DNA of 64,000 nt from an uncultured virus (IMG/VR IMGVR_UViG_3300025033_000016) (Duplodnaviria; Heunggongvirae; Uroviricota; Caudoviricetes), in the IMG/VR virus record IMGVR_UViG_3300025033_000016. The stretch is one strand, 5' to 3'. Below the pieces are notes generated by a model, which made no database searches, was not told the DNA's origin, and was given only the letters and a program-made list of their open reading frames with translations. Position 1 is the stretch's first letter. Each line of letters starts with the position of its first letter. Shown in pieces: positions 58,740 through 64,000 of this stretch. A program made the translations under genes and the position numbers.

Positions 58740-58966
58740 TATTTCACCTCATCAGCTTTTGGAGCTTGTTGTTGAGCTAGGTTATCACTAAGTAGTTTTT
58801 GAAGCTGCTGCAGTACGTCTACTAGATATTTATCTAGACTGGAGATGTGGTGAATTTCGCTGCCTGGAATAGTGCAGAGTTGGATGGATTTTCGGTACTG
58901 TGTAAGCTGCGCAGTATGCGCTCGTACCTTGGCTAATTGCTCTTCTGTCATGTCGTTTCCTCTCAA
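58739..58966 (-). CDS. Hypothetical protein (start probably 58951)
   Basis: GAGG SD before MTEEQ. Confidence 0.6.
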   Translation of the reverse strand: MRGNDMTEEQLAKVRAHTAQLTQYRKSIQLCTIPGSEIHHISSLDKYLVDVLQQLQKLLSDNLAQQQAPKADEVK

Positions 58967-59109
58967 CCATCTCTTACGAGGTAGGCTTTGGTTTTATGCT
59001 AGCCTCTTACGAGGTTAAGCTTATTAAGTTAAGATGCTGAGCTGTGATGAGCTTGTATTAACATCTGCGAACAGGGTTTCTCCCTTAGCTGTAATCTTAC
59101 TTGCTTCGT

Positions 59110-59132
59110 ATTTGTTATACCGGAGTTTAATA
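59110..59132 (-). promoter_or_regulatory. Candidate late promoter TATTAA-N10-AACAAAT
   Basis: At the head of the packaging/structural operon. Confidence 0.6.
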
Positions 59133-59133
59133 G

Positions 59134-59649
59134 TTATTCCTTTATATAAGTCTTTGAAGGGACTACTTCTTCTTGATCCTGATACTTTCCGTTATAGAGC
59201 ATATCAATAGATCCTTCAGGCTTATGGAAGTATAGCTGCCCTATCTTCATATTAGGGTAAATAAAGGTAGGCTTAACTACAGTAATCTCAAGGACCCAGA
59301 AGCCTCTAAAACCAATGTCTCCAAATCCTGCCGTAGCATGTACACTAATGCCTAGCCTAGCTAGAGAGGACTTGCCTGTAATCATGGGAACTACGTTGTG
59401 GGACTCAGTCCACTCATTAGTTCTAGCTAAGTATAGCTCATGTGGATGTAATACCATGCCTTCTGACGGAATCTCCCTAATCTCTACTTTATTGTCCACT
59501 CTAGGGTCTAATACTAGAGGTTTATACACTTTAATCTCGGGGTGTAGGGTAACGTCTACGGAGTTGGCATTGATATTAGAGCGCTTAATCGGATTGATTA
59601 CAATAGTGCCGTCTTTTAAAGACTTTTTAATCGCTGCTGCTGTTAACAT
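59134..59649 (-). CDS. dcd: dCTP deaminase
   Basis: NSVDVTL, GKSSLARLG, AGFGD.GF.G..VLE, IGQ, Y.GKYQ. Confidence 0.9.
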   Translation of the reverse strand: MLTAAAIKKSLKDGTIVINPIKRSNINANSVDVTLHPEIKVYKPLVLDPRVDNKVEIREIPSEGMVLHPHELYLARTNEWTESHNVVPMITGKSSLARLGISVHATAGFGDIGFRGFWVLEITVVKPTFIYPNMKIGQLYFHKPEGSIDMLYNGKYQDQEEVVPSKTYIKE

Positions 59650-59890
59650 CTTGAGCTTCCTTCTTTTCTACTTGATGCTTCATAATATTATACTCCTGCC
59701 ACAGTAGAGGCTCTGGCAGGCTGCTATACACATTCATTAGTTTTTTGTGGTGATTCTGCAATTGTGCATAGGTACTACCATCTGCGACCTTAATCTCTTC
59801 GAGTACTGGAACATCCCTTACGCCTTTTTTCTCTAGGAGTTTGGCAATTTCAGTCAACATTTGCTTTTTAGACAATGCGAATTTACTCAT
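59627..59890 (-). CDS. Hypothetical protein
   Basis: Coupled ORF. Confidence 0.6.
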   Translation of the reverse strand: MSKFALSKKQMLTEIAKLLEKKGVRDVPVLEEIKVADGSTYAQLQNHHKKLMNVYSSLPEPLLWQEYNIMKHQVEKKEAQDVNSSSD

Positions 59891-60282
59891 GCTTTAGGAA
59901 TCTCCCCTTTTTTACTAGCGTTAAACATAAATTCACCGTCAAAGGCATCTTTAGTTGATTGTTCGTTATTTTCAATTGAAGTTTCTAGCTGTTTAATTCT
60001 AGCTGAGGATCTATCTACAAACTCTTCTACCTCTTTCATCATGTCCGACACCTTCATAGTATCTTCTAAAGCTTCTAACTGAGCTTTTCTAGATTTAGCA
60101 TCTTCTGTAGAGCCTATAACCTCGAAAACATCGAAAAACTGCTCGTTAATGTCCTTGATAGTCTTATAGATGATAGCTCGCTCAGCTGTGGAGCCTCTAT
60201 TCATATGCTTAGCGGCTTTTAGGTTACTATCTACTAATACTTCCAATAGTTCTTTTAGATCTTCAATAAGTTTCTTACTCAT
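59887..60282 (-). CDS. Hypothetical coiled-coil protein
   Basis: Own promoter. Confidence 0.65.
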   Translation of the reverse strand: MSKKLIEDLKELLEVLVDSNLKAAKHMNRGSTAERAIIYKTIKDINEQFFDVFEVIGSTEDAKSRKAQLEALEDTMKVSDMMKEVEEFVDRSSARIKQLETSIENNEQSTKDAFDGEFMFNASKKGEIPKA

Positions 60283-60288
60283 ACACCA

Positions 60289-60317
60289 ATATTAGCGTAT
60301 TTCTAGGGCTTTGGCAA
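60289..60317 (-). promoter_or_regulatory. sigma70-type promoter TTGCCA-N17-TAATAT
   Basis: 6 nt before ATG 60282. Confidence 0.6.
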
Positions 60318-60320
60318 GTA

Positions 60321-61028
60321 TTAACTTAACAAATCACCGTATTTTTCTAAAAGACGAGCCCGCTCATGCTCATTTTCAACAGAATTAAGGGAGTCCTTGA
60401 TATATTTAATATCTTCTGGAGTTAATTGCTGCTTTATCTCAGGAAATTTATCTCCCAAGTACAATTCAGCTTCAGCTAAGCGTCTTTTAGTGATGCCTGG
60501 TAGTTTATCTTTATTAGATCGCAGCATAATCTCGGCAGCAGCTCCCATGTCATCTCCTGTAGCAACTTTATGCTGTAACATAGGGCCTATAAGCTGCGGA
60601 TTATTGTAATAAAGGCTTAACAGGGCTGCATGTTGGTTGGTTTGGAGCGGTGGGCGCTCCGGTTCCCGCTTAATTTTACGCTTATATTCAGGTAATTTGA
60701 TCTTAAGAGTCTCTTTAGCTAATAACTGTGACTGTTCAGGAGTTAAACTGCTCTGAGACGCTCTCAGTTGCCCTGTATTGATCGATAAGTTCTTGGCGGC
60801 ACGTTGGGTCGCTGGGCTATTTAAGTTCGCTCCTACACCAATTGTGTCGATCTGAGAGGTGTCCTTGTACACTGTAGGACTCATTCCTTCGTGTTCCTCC
60901 AAGAATCCGAATGTAGTATCTACTAGCTCTGCATCAGGGTCCTCAATTTGAGACTGCTCTACGGCTGGCTGGACTCCTAATCGTACTTCCGCTAGCTTAT
61001 CTTTATTTAATATCTTCTTTAGATCCAT
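60321..61028 (-). CDS. GH24 (T4-type) lysozyme-domain protein
   Basis: HEG....Y.D....TIGVG, Q.AAL.SL.YN, G...RR.AE..L; start placed at MDLKK. Confidence 0.8.
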   Translation of the reverse strand: MDLKKILNKDKLAEVRLGVQPAVEQSQIEDPDAELVDTTFGFLEEHEGMSPTVYKDTSQIDTIGVGANLNSPATQRAAKNLSINTGQLRASQSSLTPEQSQLLAKETLKIKLPEYKRKIKREPERPPLQTNQHAALLSLYYNNPQLIGPMLQHKVATGDDMGAAAEIMLRSNKDKLPGITKRRLAEAELYLGDKFPEIKQQLTPEDIKYIKDSLNSVENEHERARLLEKYGDLLS

Positions 61029-61182
61029 AAGAACTACTTCCTGTGAGGCGGTTGAGAAGTTTTGATAGTTTATTGAGCCGAGGACGGCGATTACCAGACT
61101 CCAATTTCTTAGGTTTATCGCCATATACTGACTTTAGCATACCTTCTAGGTTTTTAACACTATTAACTGGATTATTAGCCAT
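61003..61182 (-). CDS. 59-aa basic protein resembling the capsid N-terminus
   Basis: NLEGMLKSVYGDK versus QLDGLFKKVYADK; ATG follows the AACAAAT motif. Confidence 0.55.
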   Translation of the reverse strand: MANNPVNSVKNLEGMLKSVYGDKPKKLESGNRRPRLNKLSKLLNRLTGSSSYGSKEDIK

Positions 61183-61195
61183 ACCCTTGATTTGT

Positions 61196-61459
61196 TTAGT
61201 CTGCTGTATTGAGGTCTTCAACCAAGGCGTCTCTAACTAACTTCCTAGTATAAGCCTCATAGCTCATTAAATCAGTTTCTTCAACGCCATAACGCCTATC
61301 TCTATCATCTAGCTGCTCTGACATTATTAAGTATCTGAACTTATTATCGTGACCCCTGGCTGACACTAATACTCTAGCAGGTCCGTACACTATCTCACCG
61401 TTATGCAGTAATACTACCCGCTCGTCGTAATTAAATAAAGGCTTTACTTGTATTGTCAT
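61196..61459 (-). CDS. Small protein with variant tag
   Basis: AAGGAGGT SD; ends LVRDALVEDLNTAD. Confidence 0.75.
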   Translation of the reverse strand: MTIQVKPLFNYDERVVLLHNGEIVYGPARVLVSARGHDNKFRYLIMSEQLDDRDRRYGVEETDLMSYEAYTRKLVRDALVEDLNTAD

Positions 61460-61497
61460 GCAGTTACCTCCTTGTAACTAGCTATATCGTAATTAGT

Positions 61498-61914
61498 TTA
61501 CACTTGTCTAGTGTCGGCTACTATCTGCAGCCTCTTACTAGATTCTAGCCTATTCTTGTTATCCATTATCACGACATCCAATGCTTTCTTAGGATTCCGA
61601 TAGAAGCCTGTAGTGCAATCATTGCCTACCTTAAGGAATAGGCCGCTCCATCTCGTGTGGAAGAAGCTTAGGATAGCCGAGTCAGCTCTAAGCCAGCCTT
61701 GTCCAGCATCGAACTCTGCGAACCTCTTATTGATTGATTTAGCTGTAACCTTGTTAGAACTCGGTACAGCGCATATAACGCGTACTTCTCTTCCAACCTT
61801 ACTACAAAGGGCATGTAGAGCGCTACTTAGCTGCTTACCTCCCTTAGACCGCATAACTCTATAGCTAAATCCATCAGTCACTAAGTAAATTACATGCTTG
61901 TCTAATATTAACAT
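61498..61914 (-). CDS. Hypothetical protein
   Basis: Promoter TTGCAT-N17-TATACT at about 61928-61956 places the start at MLILD. Confidence 0.5.
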   Translation of the reverse strand: MLILDKHVIYLVTDGFSYRVMRSKGGKQLSSALHALCSKVGREVRVICAVPSSNKVTAKSINKRFAEFDAGQGWLRADSAILSFFHTRWSGLFLKVGNDCTTGFYRNPKKALDVVIMDNKNRLESSKRLQIVADTRQV

Positions 61915-62485
61915 AAGCTTATCTCTAAGTATAACACGTATACAAATAAAATGCAACCCTTATTCACTTTCTTATTGAAAATGATACAAAAATATGATAT
62001 AATCTAGTTATAGATTGTTTAATTCGCAAAGTTAAACACATATGCAGCATACCAAAGAGCTGTTGCAGCATAAACAAACAATGCAGCAAATAAACATGAA
62101 CAATGTTGCATAAACAAATCCAATAAATGATGCCATTGCAGCGAATGCATAGCAACAATCACAGATTTTATAGCGATTATATCTTTAGGCTGAAGGGGAT
62201 AGTTATACCCTACTTTTAGGGTGTAAATTCATAGCATTTATGAATAGATCTTACTTAGCTTGTATGCTAATAAATTCAGCTACTTACAAGTACACCCCGA
62301 TAGGCAATGAATACATTAGTGAATAGATAACACCTTAGTACTGCGAAACTAACGATACCTATGATTTTATATTGCGTGACGCTTAGTGTTATGCGATGTA
62401 CTAAGTGCAATCATCCCCCCAGTTCCGCAACACCCCCCTTCTTTTTTAGGTAGCTTAATCTGGAAGACTGTGGTATAGTTTGTAT

Positions 62486-62839
62486 ATGAGTAACAACTGG
62501 TGGAAAGGTTTATCTAAAGAGCAGATAGCTGGTATGAGTTTTACGCTTGCGGAGAGCAGCGCTTTGTATAAATCAAGAGCTTACACTTTTCCAGAAAGTA
62601 ACGTGTTTAGAGTTGTAGCGATCCCTAAACGTACAGCTATGGAGTTTTTTATAATCCAGCCAGCAGATAGCTTAGGTCTTAACGAAGGCTGGAAATTCGA
62701 GCATGTCAGTAGTTATAACGTATTAACTAGCTTTGATCCTAAAAAGGGGTGCTGGGGATTAAAGCCTACAGAGTTAGTGCCTGTAGATCTCAGGCATAGA
62801 TTAGTCCGAGATAGCTTAAGAGAGGATCTGTTAAAATGA
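62486..62839 (+). CDS. Tagged small protein
   Basis: Extended -10 TGGTATAGT 6 nt before ATG; ends DLRHRLVRDSLREDLLK; overlaps the thyX start. Confidence 0.75.
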   Translation: MSNNWWKGLSKEQIAGMSFTLAESSALYKSRAYTFPESNVFRVVAIPKRTAMEFFIIQPADSLGLNEGWKFEHVSSYNVLTSFDPKKGCWGLKPTELVPVDLRHRLVRDSLREDLLK

Positions 62840-63495
62840 GCAACATAAAAGTAGATTACGTAGATCATATGGGGAATGACTTGACTGTTGTAAATTCAGC
62901 TAGGGTTTCCTTTGGTAAAACTAAGACCACGTTAGATGAGTCTGATATTAAGCTTCTTAATTATTTAGCAAAGCACAAGCATTATACGCCATTTGAGCAT
63001 TGTACGCTTACGGTGCTTGTTAAATGCCCGCTATTTACCCGAAGTCAGATACATAGACACAGGACATTTTCTTACAATGAAATTAGCCGAAGATATACGG
63101 CAGAGAAGCTTGAATTTTACATTCCTAAAGTTTATAGGAAGCAGCACGATAAGAGTAAACAGTGCTCAAGTGGTAATTTTGAAAGCTCTGACAACGAGGT
63201 GCTAGTCAATAAAACTAAGAAGCTACATAAAGAGAGTATTGAGCTTTATAATGAAATGATCGATAAAGGCGTTGCTAGAGAGATGGCTAGGGGCATATTA
63301 CCACAGAACCTAATGACTGAGTTTTGGATGACAGGTAATCTCAGGAATTGGATTCATTTTTTAGATTTACGAGTTGATTCCCATGCACAGCAAGAAGTAA
63401 GGGATGTTGCGCAGCCGATTTTAGAAATAATTGAAGCTAAGTTCCCAGAAGCATCGAAAGCTTTATTTAAACATTCAATGTCTTCAGGAGGCTAA
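62836..63495 (+). CDS. thyX: FAD-dependent thymidylate synthase
   Basis: ARVS, H.TPFEH, RHRTFSYNEISRRY, ARG.LP, N.R.W.HF..LR...HAQ.E. Confidence 0.97.
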   Translation: MSNIKVDYVDHMGNDLTVVNSARVSFGKTKTTLDESDIKLLNYLAKHKHYTPFEHCTLTVLVKCPLFTRSQIHRHRTFSYNEISRRYTAEKLEFYIPKVYRKQHDKSKQCSSGNFESSDNEVLVNKTKKLHKESIELYNEMIDKGVAREMARGILPQNLMTEFWMTGNLRNWIHFLDLRVDSHAQQEVRDVAQPILEIIEAKFPEASKALFKHSMSSGG

Positions 63496-63497
63496 CG

Positions 63498-64000
63498 GTG
63501 GGATTTAACGTAGACGTAAAGCCTTTAATCAAAGTCCTAGTCCGTAAGGAATTCTTACATAACTTTGAAGAAGGACATGGAGAGTTTGAAGAGGGCTATA
63601 TCTTTGGAGCTTGTGCTATGAAGAGTAGACCCTTATTATTTCACGTACATCTAAAGAGCGGCGCTAAGTTTATACGCCTACCTATCAACGCCTTTTGTAC
63701 TAAGAAAGATGCGCCTTTAGAGGTTATTGGAGACTTGGAGTTATGGGACTGCTTAGCCTCAGAAGTAAGCTGCCATCAGTACAACTATTTCAAGAACTAT
63801 GAAGTGCTAGTTAAATTGAAGAGTGGTACACATTGGGGTAGATACTTGCTTACCTTCGATTTTCCGCCCAGCGGAGGATTAGAAGAGACTCCAGATCAAC
63901 ACAAGGACTTTAATCTGATTGAGCTAGAGAACGGCAATCTAGCGCTACAGCCTAATAACACGCTGCTATGGGTTGATGAGCACTTTACAGGTAAGCCTAC
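63498..64000 (+). CDS. Conserved phage hypothetical protein, truncated by the window end
   Basis: GGAGG SD then GTG; reads VRKEFL...GHGEF...RLPI.AF...LWDC...LENG..ALQPNN. Confidence 0.65.
   Translation, partial: MGFNVDVKPLIKVLVRKEFLHNFEEGHGEFEEGYIFGACAMKSRPLLFHVHLKSGAKFIRLPINAFCTKKDAPLEVIGDLELWDCLASEVSCHQYNYFKNYEVLVKLKSGTHWGRYLLTFDFPPSGGLEETPDQHKDFNLIELENGNLALQPNNTLLWVDEHFTGKP

Noticed and set aside
61964..62158. 64-aa minus-strand ORF
   Set aside because: Cys/Leu-rich translation of a repetitive non-coding tract with no RBS.
1443..62839. Diversity-generating retroelement behind the variable family
   Set aside because: No reverse transcriptase and no template/variable repeat pair with adenine-specific mismatches was seen.
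1..64000. Stop-codon reassignment suggested by TAG richness
   Set aside because: Core genes are full length under the standard code and several terminate at TAG.

Overview
This window is most of a dsDNA tailed-phage genome with podovirus-like architecture: portal, scaffold, capsid, adaptor/nozzle, large ejection proteins, and no tape measure or sheath. No cellular housekeeping, rRNA, tRNA or CRISPR features were seen. Replication and nucleotide genes include PolA, primase-helicase, ERF, RecA, RuvC, NrdA (with an intein), NrdB, ThyX and dCTP deaminase. Accessory genes include ClpP, a PhaR-like protein, an AP2 protein and a vWA metallopeptidase. The morphogenesis block lies on the minus strand at about 28.6-59 kb. 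Main observations: (1) 21 scattered accessory ORFs, some unrelated in their bodies, end in the same C-terminal peptide D-x-R-P-x-x-V-R-D-S-L-R-E-D-L-L. It is conserved at the amino-acid level and its codons also carry the Shine-Dalgarno and overlapping start of the next gene, often an essential one. (2) The major capsid gene is split by a 904-nt group I intron carrying a LAGLIDADG ORF, which the ORF track misses. (3) A bipartite TATTAA-N10-AACAAAT motif precedes late genes. (4) Several sigma70 promoters appear to give leaderless mRNAs. (5) A small late protein resembles the capsid N-terminus. All product calls come from motif recognition by eye; no database searches were run.
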